A stretch of 55,521 nt of DNA from Rhodothermia bacterium (lineage in GTDB: Bacteria; Bacteroidota; Rhodothermia; Rhodothermales; UBA10348), in contig BTQE01000005.1 of the NCBI GenBank assembly GCA_036985715.1, positions 1 through 55,521 on the forward strand, read 5' to 3'. The notes under the pieces were generated by a model. That model was not told where the DNA came from, searched no databases, and worked only from the letters and a program-made list of their open reading frames with translations. Below are positions 37,220 to 47,666 of the stretch, in pieces; position 1 is the first letter of the stretch; each line of letters starts with the position of its first letter. A program made the translations under genes and the position numbers.

Positions 37220-37963
37220 TTACTCAGAGACAACAAATTTCAGCAGGAAATCGTGCATCAGGTGGTCAACTTCGGTGGTTTCTGCAAGAGAGCACATTAC
37301 GTTTTGATACACTTCTTCGGTTGGTAATGCAGATCTGTAGAGGGGCCTGTACCGAATGAGTCGCTCCCGTTCCCGATGGGCGTCCAGCTCGCTGTGAAAT
37401 TGGGTTCCATACATCGGAGAGTCCTGCATCCTGAACGCTTCGTTGGGTTGGGATTCGCTGACAGCGAGTTGAATCGCATCCTTCGGCAATTCGGTGACCC
37501 GGTCATGGTGTCCCATATTAGCCAGGAAGGATGTCGGAAAATCAGTGAACAATCGATCGATTTTGCCGGCCTCCGTCAAAGAAATGAGAAGACAACCCAT
37601 CTCCGATAGGTCAGGATCATGGATTACAGTGCCACCAAGTGCGCGCGCGATCACTTGATGCCCCCAGCACGAACCGAATGTCGGGAATTTGTTGTCATGT
37701 GCCTTTTGAATCAGTTCGAGGAGATCGTTCATCCACGGATAGTCGGCTGTCGCCGAGTACTCACCGGCGCCACCGACGAAAAGCACATCGTAGTCATTCA
37801 GACTGAGCTCAGAAAGATCTGAGTAGGCAACATTCAAACTGACCATCTGGGACCATTCCAAGCGCGTTCGCTCCACGAAGCACTCCTGCTCCTGGAATTC
37901 CATATCAGGTGTGTTTCGGGCCTGAATGAGAAGTGCTCGAATGTCACTGAAGGAGATGGTCAC
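37220..37963 (-). CDS. Class I glutamine amidotransferase (GuaA-like)
   Basis: FGSCWGHQ nucleophile; YGTQFHSE. Confidence 0.9.
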   Translation of the reverse strand: MTISFSDIRALLIQARNTPDMEFQEQECFVERTRLEWSQMVSLNVAYSDLSELSLNDYDVLFVGGAGEYSATADYPWMNDLLELIQKAHDNKFPTFGSCWGHQVIARALGGTVIHDPDLSEMGCLLISLTEAGKIDRLFTDFPTSFLANMGHHDRVTELPKDAIQLAVSESQPNEAFRMQDSPMYGTQFHSELDAHRERERLIRYRPLYRSALPTEEVYQNVMCSLAETTEVDHLMHDFLLKFVVSE

Positions 37964-38006
37964 GGGATTAGATTTATTTAGAATTTCCTACGGCTCGCTT
38001 CTCAAC

Positions 38007-38606
38007 TTAACCTTTGCGGACGATTAAATCGCCAAAATCGGTCTTCAAGAGTCGATACAGTCGATTGAGCGGAAGTCCCATCACGTTAAAAAAATCGCCC
38101 TCTATCCGCGATATGAAAAGCGCACCACGATCATCTTGGATGCCATATGATCCTGCTTTGTCGAGTGTTGTACCCGTATCGACATAGTCTACGATCTCAT
38201 CTTCGCCTATATCGTCAAACGTAACGAGCGTGGATTCGAATGCGGTCGATGCCCGCATAGACTCGTTGTGCAACAGGGCAATCCCCGTCAGGACGGTATG
38301 GGATCTTCCACTAAGTCGTTGGAGCATTTGGATCGAATCAGCTTTGTCCGCAGGTTTACCGAGCAATTCTTCGTCGAGTTGAACCGTCGTGTCGGCGGCC
38401 AATACGAGCGCACTCTTTCGCATCGATGATACGGCCTGAGCTTTCATTTGGGCCAGGCGTACGACCATTTCCGCAGGATGCTCACCGGGTAGGTGGGCCT
38501 CTTCGATATTCGCCATCTGAACATCAAATGGAATATGGAGGGCTTCCAGAATTTGTTTTCTTCTCGGAGAACCCGATGCTAGAATAAGTGGGATTTTCAG
38601 TTTCAC
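38007..38606 (-). CDS. maf: Maf-family nucleoside triphosphate pyrophosphatase
   Basis: LILASGSPRR, AADTTV, LGKP, DKAGSYGIQ, NVMGLPL. Confidence 0.95.
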   Translation of the reverse strand: MKLKIPLILASGSPRRKQILEALHIPFDVQMANIEEAHLPGEHPAEMVVRLAQMKAQAVSSMRKSALVLAADTTVQLDEELLGKPADKADSIQMLQRLSGRSHTVLTGIALLHNESMRASTAFESTLVTFDDIGEDEIVDYVDTGTTLDKAGSYGIQDDRGALFISRIEGDFFNVMGLPLNRLYRLLKTDFGDLIVRKG

Positions 38607-40183
38607 GGTGGGGAGAGGCTTACCGCTCCACGCTTATGGTGGACGCCGTAGAACAACAAAAGCGCAAACCAGATCCCTAATGTGATCCAATTCCATAGAT
38701 CTCCAAATCTTGCGTAGAACGTAACGCTGGAATAAAGAGGTACGTCGTAGACAGGAGTTGCTTTCGTCTTGATCGACGTAAGGTCGTGGGTGATTCCGTC
38801 GGGTGTAATCATTCCGGAAATCCCATCAACACTGGCTTGGACAAGAGCGACTCCTTGTTCGACTGCTCGAAATCGATCATACATTATATGTTGCCTGTAT
38901 CCGGCGGACCCGCGCCACCATCCGTTCTGGGTCAGGACGATGAATAGGTCGCTGCCACCGTTTTTCAGTGCAGCCGCATATTTAGGAAATACACTTTCAA
39001 AGCAAATGAAAACGCCCACCTGAAAATCCGTGAGCGGTAGCACGGATGGAACTTTTCCGGGAAGGTATCGAGAGACACCCCCTGCGGGTACGGCGAACCG
39101 TTCCAGAAACGAAAACTTATTCGAAAAGGGGACGAACTCGGCAAATGGAACCAGAATGTTTTTTGAACCCAAAGCGGGACGGGCTCCCGGCTCAAACAAG
39201 AGTGCACTATTGCGATAGGGTGGGCCGTAGCTCATCGATTCACCCTCCACGGTGATACCGCCTGTGAGAAGAGACACAGAGTGTGTTTCAGTCCAGTTTG
39301 TGAGCCTTGCGATTAACGCCTTATTTCCTGACCTGGAATCTGGAACAGGAAGCGTCGTTTCCGGCCATACGACAAGATCGAATGGCCTGGATGACGACCG
39401 GATTACGGAGTCAGAGAGAACGATCATCCTATCGACGCGACCCTCATCACGAATATCGGACCACTCGTAGGGTGAAAATCCAGGCTGTATGACCGCGATA
39501 TTCCTTTGCTCGACGATTTTATTTTCGGGTTTGGTTAAACCCAGAGCAACAAGCAGAACAGGAATAGAAATACTTACGACGAAAACACGATGTCTTAGTC
39601 CCTTTTCCTGGAGAAGTCCATACGCGACGCAGGCATTCGTCAATACCAGAGCTGTGGAGATCCCCGTGGAACCTATCCAAAAAGAGGCCCTGACAACGAC
39701 GCCCGAGGATGCCTGAGAATATCCAAGGGATGTCCACGGCATAGGAACAGGGCCGGATCTGAAGATAAACTCCAGAAGAAGGATCAGGAGACCCGCTGAC
39801 CACACAGCTGAGATGCCCCGGTATCGCCTGGTCATCCATGACGCGCAGCCGGTGGGAACTGCAAAGACCATCGTGAAGGCAAGCCATGCTGCGGCAGAGA
39901 CGATTGCCGTATCCACACGAACGTGAAGGAGGGGCCAGTAGAACGCAACCGAAAACACGCCGAGATAGAAGATCCAGGCATTGAGAAAGGCAGACCTTGG
40001 GGATAAATAACGGGCAGAAAGAAAAAGTGGCACCAGACTGATCCAGGCCAGGATCGTGACCCCATAAGGAGGATAACTGAATCCGAGAGAAAGACCTCCT
40101 GCGAGCGACCACCAGCGCAGGTTGCGGGCGCTTAACCATGAAAGGCTGCTTGCATGTAAGGTATATTCCTGCAGTTGACTCAC
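38603..40183 (-). CDS. lnt: Apolipoprotein N-acyltransferase
   Basis: Multiple TMs; PW..LGY, VVWPET, K.ILVPFAE, ICFES. Confidence 0.93.
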   Translation of the reverse strand: MSQLQEYTLHASSLSWLSARNLRWWSLAGGLSLGFSYPPYGVTILAWISLVPLFLSARYLSPRSAFLNAWIFYLGVFSVAFYWPLLHVRVDTAIVSAAAWLAFTMVFAVPTGCASWMTRRYRGISAVWSAGLLILLLEFIFRSGPVPMPWTSLGYSQASSGVVVRASFWIGSTGISTALVLTNACVAYGLLQEKGLRHRVFVVSISIPVLLVALGLTKPENKIVEQRNIAVIQPGFSPYEWSDIRDEGRVDRMIVLSDSVIRSSSRPFDLVVWPETTLPVPDSRSGNKALIARLTNWTETHSVSLLTGGITVEGESMSYGPPYRNSALLFEPGARPALGSKNILVPFAEFVPFSNKFSFLERFAVPAGGVSRYLPGKVPSVLPLTDFQVGVFICFESVFPKYAAALKNGGSDLFIVLTQNGWWRGSAGYRQHIMYDRFRAVEQGVALVQASVDGISGMITPDGITHDLTSIKTKATPVYDVPLYSSVTFYARFGDLWNWITLGIWFALLLFYGVHHKRGAVSLSPP

Positions 40184-40239
40184 CGAGCTTGTGAAAGCTA
40201 CTTTAACTCAATCTGAAGTCGGCTCTATCGGCCTTTCGA

Positions 40240-41076
40240 ATGATCACGCTGTCGATTTGCAATCACAAGGGCGGAACAGGGAAGACGACTACCTCCATGA
40301 ACCTTGCTGCTGCGTTCGGAATGACCGGACGAGATGTTCTTGTCGTTGACCTTGACCCGCAAGCCTTCCTGACCAGAATGATGGGGGAATCCGAGGCGGC
40401 CCCGAAACAATCATCGCTCGTCTTGTTCGAAGAGGACCTTGAGCCGGAGAAGGTACCCATAACTAAGCTGAAAACATTTGACTTGATTCCTTCTTCAGCT
40501 GCACTATCGTCGGCAATTCGCCGTCTAACCAAACCAACGGATGTTCTCTGGTTAAGAGAATTCGTCGATCGCATGGATAATCGATACGACGCAATCGTTT
40601 TTGACACCGCTGCTGCCGTCACGGTTTTCAGCCTGAATGCACTTGTTGCCAGTAATTTTGTTGTGATACCGGTCCTTCCAGAGTACCAGCCCATTATAGG
40701 CGGAGAACAGACTTATCAAACATCGCAGGTCGTGCGTAAAAGATTGAATCCTGATCTGGCTCCGCCTCAGTTTCTTCTGACCATGGTCGACGGTCGAAAG
40801 AAAAATCATCTCGGATATCGGAAGTATTTAAGAGAGCGATATGGAGATCGCGTAATGCGAACCGTCATTCGCACCTGTACTACACTGTCGCTCACCAGGC
40901 AGAACGGGCAAACGGTTTTCGAATCCGATCCGCATGCCCGCGGCTCAATCGATTACGCCAGCGCTGCCGATGAACTGGGGCAGCTTTTCGATGTTGTTGA
41001 GAGAAAAGATGACGGATTCCAGCGTCTGGAAGAGATGAAAACTCGATCGTCAGACGAACAATACTCATCTGTATGA
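40240..41076 (+). CDS. ParA/Soj-family ATPase
   Basis: NHKGGTGKTT, VDLDPQ, FDT, NALVAS. No parB adjacent. Confidence 0.92.
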   Translation: MITLSICNHKGGTGKTTTSMNLAAAFGMTGRDVLVVDLDPQAFLTRMMGESEAAPKQSSLVLFEEDLEPEKVPITKLKTFDLIPSSAALSSAIRRLTKPTDVLWLREFVDRMDNRYDAIVFDTAAAVTVFSLNALVASNFVVIPVLPEYQPIIGGEQTYQTSQVVRKRLNPDLAPPQFLLTMVDGRKKNHLGYRKYLRERYGDRVMRTVIRTCTTLSLTRQNGQTVFESDPHARGSIDYASAADELGQLFDVVERKDDGFQRLEEMKTRSSDEQYSSV

Positions 41077-43544
41077 CGGGAAAAGTTGTTCGTCTTATCG
41101 CTTCGATTCTTGGTCTCTCGGCATTCCTGGTGGTGCTCAATGTACCGATTGAAGGACGTTTTGCGATCGGTCCAATACTGGAACCGGTCGATGGATTGTA
41201 CAAGACAGCAAGAAACGCCGATAATCTGGGGTCGAACGTCCTTGAGCTTCCGACTCTGGGTGCTGACGTTCGAATAATCAGGGATGAACGTGGAGTCCCC
41301 CACATCTTCGCATCGAGTGATCGTGACGCGGTGATCGCTTTTGGTTATGTCGTCGCTCAAGACCGGCTCTTTCAAATCGACTTTCTGTCCCGGGCTGCCT
41401 CCGGAGAACTCTCGGCTGCACTGGGACGAAGTGCTCTTGAGACCGATCAATTTTTTCGACGGATTGGAATGCGCTGGACCACGGAGAGGGATGCCGAATG
41501 GTTGGCGGAAAAGGGAGACGAACATTTCGACCTTATTACGTGGTATCAGGCCGGCGCAAACGCATATATCGACTCGCTGGAGCCATCGGACGACCCTTTC
41601 GAATTCAGGATACTGGGTTATCGCCCCAGGAGACTAACGACGGCGGATGCCATTTCCGTTCTGCTGTACATGAGTTACGATTTGAGTTTTACCTCAAAGG
41701 ATCAGAGCTATCAGCGTCTCCGAAATGCCTTTTCAGAAGATGACTACGAGCGACTCTTTCCCAGATTTTCAAAGTACGTGGTACCCATCATTCCTGAGGA
41801 CGAGTCCGCTGCCGGATCCGTTTCATCCGTTTTAGATGATCGCCGGACTCCCCCCGTAGCTGATTCCGCAACTGTTTCCAGAACAGATATCGGGGCCGAT
41901 GATTTTGAATCTCCTTCCTCCGACTTCGCAGAAGGCCTCATTCCGGGAAAGGGGTCGAATAACTGGGCGGTGAGTGGATCCCGGTCCACGACAGGCTATC
42001 CGATTCTGGCCGGGGATATGCATTTGAATTTGTCGGTGCCTGCGATCTGGTATGAAGCACATTTGGTAACGCCGGAGATGAACGTTTATGGAGTTACCAT
42101 TCCCGGGGCACCCGTGATCATCGAGGGCATAACCGAGCAAACGGCCTGGGCCTTCACGAATACCGGTTCCGATCAAATCGACTACTATGATCTCGAGTTA
42201 TCCGATGATCGCGCCGGATACATAATCGATGGTGAGTTTGAACCCTTCGAAACGATCGTCGAGGATATCATCGTTGCCGGAGACGAGCCGGTTGCGGACA
42301 CGCTGTACATATCCCGATTTGGACCGACCACTTTACGCGCCGGACGTGCGAGGGCGATTCGCTGGGCGGCACATGATACGTCGCGCACCTTGTATGCCGT
42401 TTGGGAAATGGGTCGCGCCGGGAATTACAGTGAATTTCAAGATGCCACTCGGTCATGGGATTCACCCATGCAAAATATCCTGTATGCCGATCGCAGTGGT
42501 ACGATCGCCATTCGTTCGACCGGGTTCATGCCGACACGAAAGGGAGATCATGGGGCCGAAACCCTGGACGGCACCACTCTTGATCATACCTGGAATGGCC
42601 GAATCCCTTTTGACGAACTCCCAAGTTCGAAGAATCCAAGCCAGGGATATCTCACGTCCACAAATCAACAGCCGACCGCGGAGGGCTATCCGTATTACCT
42701 TGGACGAGATTGGCGAGACGCGTATCGGTCCATTCGAATCAACGAATTACTTCAGTCATCCGAACAACATTCGGTCCAGGATTTCCAAGACTACCAGGCT
42801 GACGTGCACGCGGTACAAGCGGATCTTTTTGTACCGTTACTCTCGGAAGTGTTAGAGCTATCGGCAGGTGCTACGGAGATCCGGGATTTGTTACTGTCTT
42901 GGAATGGAGAAACCTCGGTCGACCAGATTGAGCCGATCCTCTTCCATGAATACCTGACTCAACTTGAGCAACTCGCGTGGGATGAAGCTGCGTTTCAGAC
43001 AATTCGTATGCCATCCACTACGCGCCTTTTCAGGCTGCTAACAGAAGAACCGGAGTCTATCTGGTTGGATATCGTATCGACAACAGAGCGGGAGAATGCG
43101 ACGATACTCATGGGCGAGGCCCTAGAAAGGGCCGCGAATAAATACGGGGAAGCACTTGAGGGCGACCGAACCTCGCTGCTGTGGGGCTCCAACCACCAAT
43201 TAACGATTCGTCATATTACACGGTCGCGATTCCTCCGACCCATTTGGAGAGGTCCATATCCGTATCCCGGGTACCGCGAAACCCTTTCGCCCGCTGCAAG
43301 CATGTCCTCGACAAGCAGTGCATCCTGGAGGGTCGTGGTCGATTTCTCCACTGAGCCACCGACAGCATTTGGCGTCTATCCGGGCGGTCAAAGCGGGAAT
43401 CCGTTTTCGGAGCGATACGACAACTTTATTGACACATATTTGAAGTTCGAGTACTATTCGCTCTTTCTTCCGGATTCTCCTGAAGACTTCAAGGAAAACA
43501 CCGTACTTCACGAGTTACGACTCGTTTCGCCTGCATCAGGCTAG
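41073..43544 (+). CDS. Penicillin acylase family (S45) Ntn-hydrolase
   Basis: RDERGVPHIFA, QDRLFQ, GSNNWAV (Ser nucleophile), DMHL, PGGQSGNP. Confidence 0.93.
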   Translation: MTGKVVRLIASILGLSAFLVVLNVPIEGRFAIGPILEPVDGLYKTARNADNLGSNVLELPTLGADVRIIRDERGVPHIFASSDRDAVIAFGYVVAQDRLFQIDFLSRAASGELSAALGRSALETDQFFRRIGMRWTTERDAEWLAEKGDEHFDLITWYQAGANAYIDSLEPSDDPFEFRILGYRPRRLTTADAISVLLYMSYDLSFTSKDQSYQRLRNAFSEDDYERLFPRFSKYVVPIIPEDESAAGSVSSVLDDRRTPPVADSATVSRTDIGADDFESPSSDFAEGLIPGKGSNNWAVSGSRSTTGYPILAGDMHLNLSVPAIWYEAHLVTPEMNVYGVTIPGAPVIIEGITEQTAWAFTNTGSDQIDYYDLELSDDRAGYIIDGEFEPFETIVEDIIVAGDEPVADTLYISRFGPTTLRAGRARAIRWAAHDTSRTLYAVWEMGRAGNYSEFQDATRSWDSPMQNILYADRSGTIAIRSTGFMPTRKGDHGAETLDGTTLDHTWNGRIPFDELPSSKNPSQGYLTSTNQQPTAEGYPYYLGRDWRDAYRSIRINELLQSSEQHSVQDFQDYQADVHAVQADLFVPLLSEVLELSAGATEIRDLLLSWNGETSVDQIEPILFHEYLTQLEQLAWDEAAFQTIRMPSTTRLFRLLTEEPESIWLDIVSTTERENATILMGEALERAANKYGEALEGDRTSLLWGSNHQLTIRHITRSRFLRPIWRGPYPYPGYRETLSPAASMSSTSSASWRVVVDFSTEPPTAFGVYPGGQSGNPFSERYDNFIDTYLKFEYYSLFLPDSPEDFKENTVLHELRLVSPASG

Positions 43545-43573
43545 CCCCCAATCAATCATCAGCTCCATCTACG

Positions 43574-45067
43574 ATGTCATCGTCTGACCAACATTTTTCA
43601 AGTCGACTTGGTCTTATTCTCAGCGTACTGGGGATCGCCGTCGGAACCGGAAATATTTGGCGATTTCCCAGAATCGCTGCTCAAAACAGTGGTGAAGCCG
43701 GTGCCGGTGCCTTCCTGGTAGCCTGGTTCATTTTCCTGCTTGCCTGGTCGGTACCGTTGATCATTGCAGAATATGCTCTAGGTCGGAAGGGAAGGATGGG
43801 TGTTGTAGGAACGATCTCCAAGATCGCGGGCGAAAAATTCGCCTGGATGGGGGCATTCATTGCTTTTGTTTCCACGGCGATCATGTTTTACTACTCCGTG
43901 GTAACGGGCTGGTCTATTTATTACTTCACCCGGATGATTTCCAATCCACTGCCGCTGTCAACCGAGTCGTCTCAGGCGATTTGGGACGCATTTCAGGGAG
44001 GAGGAGGTCCGGTAATCTTCCATGCCGTTGCGATGGGTATTGGTGCGTTCGTCGTCCTGAAAGGTGTGAGCTCCATCGAACGGGTCAATAAAATCCTGAT
44101 TCCTACCCTTTTCGTGATTGTTCTGATATCGGTTGTACGGGCGATCACTTTGGATGGGGCCTCTGATGGAATCTCATTTCTGTTTACACCGGATTGGGCC
44201 ACGCTGAAATCGCCGAAAGTCTGGATTGAAGCCCTCACGCAGAATGCGTGGGATACCGGTGCCGGCTTTGGTCTTATCCTGACATACGGCGCCTACATGA
44301 AGTCAAAACACGGTGTGGTCAAAAATTCGTTCATTACGGGATTCGGGAACAATACCGTATCACTGTTGGCCGCGCTTATGATCTTCGGGACCGTTTTTGC
44401 CACTCTCGGTGCTGAAATGAGCAAGCCGGAAATATTGGAAGTGATGCGCACGAGCGGGCCGGCGGCAACGGGCCTCACGTTTATATGGATGCCTCAACTC
44501 TTTGCGAAAATGCAATTCGGCGGGACCCTGGCGACACTTTTCTTTTTGGGTCTGTCGTTCGCAGCGTTCAGCTCGCTCATAGCTATGATCGAGCTCGCGT
44601 CCCGCACGTTTGTTGATCTGGGCCTTTCCAGGAAAACCGCTGTAACGTCTGTCGGCATTCTCGGATTTTCCCTGGGCGTTCCGTCGGCAGTCAATCTAAC
44701 AATATTCGAGAATCAAGACTTCGTGTGGGGTGTCGCGCTAATAATTTCGGGCGCATTTGCTGCGTATTCGATCATTCGTTATGGAGCGTCCGCGTTCAGG
44801 AAAGAAGCGATCGATTCTATCGAAGATGACTGGAATGCAGGCAAGACGTGGGATGTGATTATCAAATATGTCGTACCCATCGAAGCTGCAATCCTTCTCG
44901 TCTGGTTCATGTGGGTTTCGGCGACGGAATACGCTCCGGACTCATGGTTCAATCCTCTCGAGCCGTTGAGTGTTATGACAGCTCTTGTGCAGTGGTCGAT
45001 CGTGGCGGTTGCCTTCATGCTTTTGAACAAGAAACTCAATCAACGAATGTTTTCGCCGCTGAGCTGA
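43574..45067 (+). CDS. Sodium-dependent transporter (NSS/SNF family)
   Basis: FSSRLGLILS..GIAVGTGNIWRFP; FYYSVV; GP..GLTF. Confidence 0.93.
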   Translation: MSSSDQHFSSRLGLILSVLGIAVGTGNIWRFPRIAAQNSGEAGAGAFLVAWFIFLLAWSVPLIIAEYALGRKGRMGVVGTISKIAGEKFAWMGAFIAFVSTAIMFYYSVVTGWSIYYFTRMISNPLPLSTESSQAIWDAFQGGGGPVIFHAVAMGIGAFVVLKGVSSIERVNKILIPTLFVIVLISVVRAITLDGASDGISFLFTPDWATLKSPKVWIEALTQNAWDTGAGFGLILTYGAYMKSKHGVVKNSFITGFGNNTVSLLAALMIFGTVFATLGAEMSKPEILEVMRTSGPAATGLTFIWMPQLFAKMQFGGTLATLFFLGLSFAAFSSLIAMIELASRTFVDLGLSRKTAVTSVGILGFSLGVPSAVNLTIFENQDFVWGVALIISGAFAAYSIIRYGASAFRKEAIDSIEDDWNAGKTWDVIIKYVVPIEAAILLVWFMWVSATEYAPDSWFNPLEPLSVMTALVQWSIVAVAFMLLNKKLNQRMFSPLS

Positions 45068-45085
45068 GCAAGTGACGAGAGTGCA

Positions 45086-45592
45086 ATGGAAGGAAAATCT
45101 ACTCGGCCCATACGGATTCTGTTTGTGTGTATGGGAAACATTTGCAGAAGTCCACTTGCAGAAGGTGTTTTTCGTTCGCTGGTTTCTGTACGGCAGCTTT
45201 TAGACCGGTTCGAAATAGATTCAGCCGGAACTGGATCCTGGCATGTGGGCCAGCCACCGAACCCCCGTATGCAAGCAGTCGCCGGGGAAAACGGAGTTTC
45301 TCTCACAGATCAAAGGGCCCGCCAGTTCGTAGAGGATGATCTCGCGTATTTCGATCACATCTTTGCGATGGATCGGGACAATCTGCACGACGTGCTCTAT
45401 TTCGATCAGAAAAATGAGTATGGGCAGAAGGTGCGCCTTTTTAGGGAATTGGATCCGGATCCCGAAAATTTCCAGGTCCCGGATCCGTACTACGGCGGCG
45501 ATGACGGATTTGTCCGCGTGTACGAAATTGTAGAACGCACTGCTACGTCACTACTCCAAAAAATGGTGTTGGAATACGATTTGAAACAATAA
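45086..45592 (+). CDS. Low-molecular-weight protein-tyrosine phosphatase
   Basis: FVCMGNICRSP; DSAGT; VPDPYYG. Confidence 0.95.
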   Translation: MEGKSTRPIRILFVCMGNICRSPLAEGVFRSLVSVRQLLDRFEIDSAGTGSWHVGQPPNPRMQAVAGENGVSLTDQRARQFVEDDLAYFDHIFAMDRDNLHDVLYFDQKNEYGQKVRLFRELDPDPENFQVPDPYYGGDDGFVRVYEIVERTATSLLQKMVLEYDLKQ

Positions 45593-45601
45593 GGGGAAGC
45601 G

Positions 45602-46474
45602 ATGCTACCGCTTGATATTCGCTTGCTTCTGGAAGACGAACTCGGTGAAAAAGTACTGGACGTATTTCCGGTTTCCGGTGGTTGCATAGGCACAGCTGCA
45701 AAACTGCAAACGGGATCCGGATTCTATTTTGCCAAGTGGGGAGATCCCGAAGTGGCCCGTACGTTTTTGGCTGAACGGCTGGGGCTACAGAGTCTTGCCT
45801 CTGTCGCACACGTTATTCGGGTTCCAGAGGTTGTGACTGAGTGTTACACTGATTCAGGTGATGGTATTCTAGTCTTGGAGTGGATTGAACAGGGCAGACA
45901 CACACCGGAGTCGTGGTCGCTATTTGGCCGGGGCCTGGCTGAAATACACAAGACTGAAGAGGTTCGCTACGGATTCTCGTCCGACAATTTTATTGGAGCG
46001 AGCGCGCAGAGCAACGAACGGAAATCAAACTGGATAGTTTTCTTCCGAGATCGTCGACTGTTACCGCAGGTGGAGATGGCGCGCAGTGGAGGGATGTGGA
46101 GATCTGCCTGGGATTCTGATTTCAGTCGGTTGCTGGACGGACTCGATACGGTTCTACCCCAAAACCCTGGAGCGTCTCTCGTGCACGGCGATCTCTGGAG
46201 GGGTAATGCTCTAGCAGATTCGGATGGAACACCTGTGCTGATCGATCCGGCTGTCTACTACGGACATCGCGAAGTGGATATTGCGATGAGCTTACTGTTT
46301 GGAGAATTTGGGCAATCGTTCTACGAGGCCTACGCCGAGAGTTGGCCGCTGGAGGTAGGGTTTAATCAGCGAAGGGATGTCTACAATCTGTACCATCTTT
46401 TGAATCACCTGAATCTGTTCGGATCGTCATATGCGTCGGCTGTCGGACGTACCCTGCAGTCCCTCAGGCACTAA
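45602..46474 (+). CDS. Fructosamine kinase family protein
   Basis: VSGGCI; LVHGDLWRGN; IDPAVYYGHREVD; YNLYHLLNH. Confidence 0.93.
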   Translation: MLPLDIRLLLEDELGEKVLDVFPVSGGCIGTAAKLQTGSGFYFAKWGDPEVARTFLAERLGLQSLASVAHVIRVPEVVTECYTDSGDGILVLEWIEQGRHTPESWSLFGRGLAEIHKTEEVRYGFSSDNFIGASAQSNERKSNWIVFFRDRRLLPQVEMARSGGMWRSAWDSDFSRLLDGLDTVLPQNPGASLVHGDLWRGNALADSDGTPVLIDPAVYYGHREVDIAMSLLFGEFGQSFYEAYAESWPLEVGFNQRRDVYNLYHLLNHLNLFGSSYASAVGRTLQSLRH

Positions 46475-47157
46475 AGGTGATCAAGCAGGTCGAACAACGG
46501 ACCGGGATCGATAAAATCATTGACCAGCAGATCAGCGTTGCAAGCATCCAGTTCAGATCTGGAGAAGTAGCCGGTACAGACGGCTACGCTATGTGCCCCG
46601 TAGCGGGTGGCGCACTCGATGTCGTTCGGGGTATCCCCCACAATAACGGTCTTTTCAACGGCTACACGGCTTCCGAGTGTGAGGGCGGCGCGGTCAGCGG
46701 CGATGGGGGGCAGTTCATTTCTATCCTCACGATCGCTTCCGAATGCACCGAACGAGAAATACGAGCCCAATCCTGCCGCGTGCAATTTCAAAAATGCTGT
46801 GTCCTGGAGATTCCCCGTTAGCAACCCCAGCGCTACATCACTCCGCTTATGTAAAGCATAAATCAGTGATTGAATTCCAGGAAGAATCGTAACCATACCG
46901 GGAGTCAGCGTGCGCATGAGAACTGCCACGTAGCTATCTAGACACTCTATGAACACATCATCGATTTCACTCTCTGAAAAACGGGCGACTCGGAGCAGGT
47001 CGCGCATGATCTGAGGATCGGTTCTTCCGGCAAAGGAAACGCCGTCAGAATTGATCGATCTTCCGGAAACCTGCTGCAGGGCCGATGCCACAGCTTTCCG
47101 TCCGGCTCCCCGCGATGTGAGAATTGTTCCGTCTATGTCAAAAAGGACGAGTTTCAT
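46471..47157 (-). CDS. HAD-superfamily hydrolase
   Basis: LFDIDGT; LLTGN; VGDTPND. Confidence 0.92.
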   Translation of the reverse strand: MKLVLFDIDGTILTSRGAGRKAVASALQQVSGRSINSDGVSFAGRTDPQIMRDLLRVARFSESEIDDVFIECLDSYVAVLMRTLTPGMVTILPGIQSLIYALHKRSDVALGLLTGNLQDTAFLKLHAAGLGSYFSFGAFGSDREDRNELPPIAADRAALTLGSRVAVEKTVIVGDTPNDIECATRYGAHSVAVCTGYFSRSELDACNADLLVNDFIDPGPLFDLLDHL

Positions 47158-47192
47158 TGCAGTCGGTCGGGTCGGGAAGAAGCCGGATCGTA

Positions 47193-47666
47193 CTACACTA
47201 GCTTAAACGCGGACGTGTCGGAGTCCTCGTGTCGAATTTCATCGACCGGTTCGCTTTTCCCACGTCCAGCGTAGAGACGGTTCGGGCAATTGAGGATGAG
47301 AGCAGGTACGGTGCCATCATTTCTGTACGCATGGACGACGCCTGGAGGGACGGTAACGATACAGGGATTCGCCTCGCCGACGAGTCGAACCGTGCGGACT
47401 CCGTATGTGGCAGAATCTGCTCGGGCGTCCCACATGAAGAGCCGAACAGACCCTGAGAAAAAGGCGAAAAGATCAGTCTGATCTGTGTGCTCGTGGGGTC
47501 CTCTTGCCTGCCCCGGATTGGTCTCGGAGATATAGGCCATGACCGGATGATGAGACGGGTTCAGCTCATCGGTTCGAAATATTTCTACCAGCCATCCACG
47601 TCCATCGTTATGAAATGAGAGGGGAACGAGTTCGCAGCCTTCGATATTACCGTCTTTCCAATCCAT
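47193..47666 (-). CDS. rfbC: dTDP-4-dehydrorhamnose 3,5-epimerase family (RmlC-like cupin)
   Basis: DGRGWLVE; RGPHEH; VPPGVVHAY. Confidence 0.82.
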   Translation of the reverse strand: MDWKDGNIEGCELVPLSFHNDGRGWLVEIFRTDELNPSHHPVMAYISETNPGQARGPHEHTDQTDLFAFFSGSVRLFMWDARADSATYGVRTVRLVGEANPCIVTVPPGVVHAYRNDGTVPALILNCPNRLYAGRGKSEPVDEIRHEDSDTSAFKLV

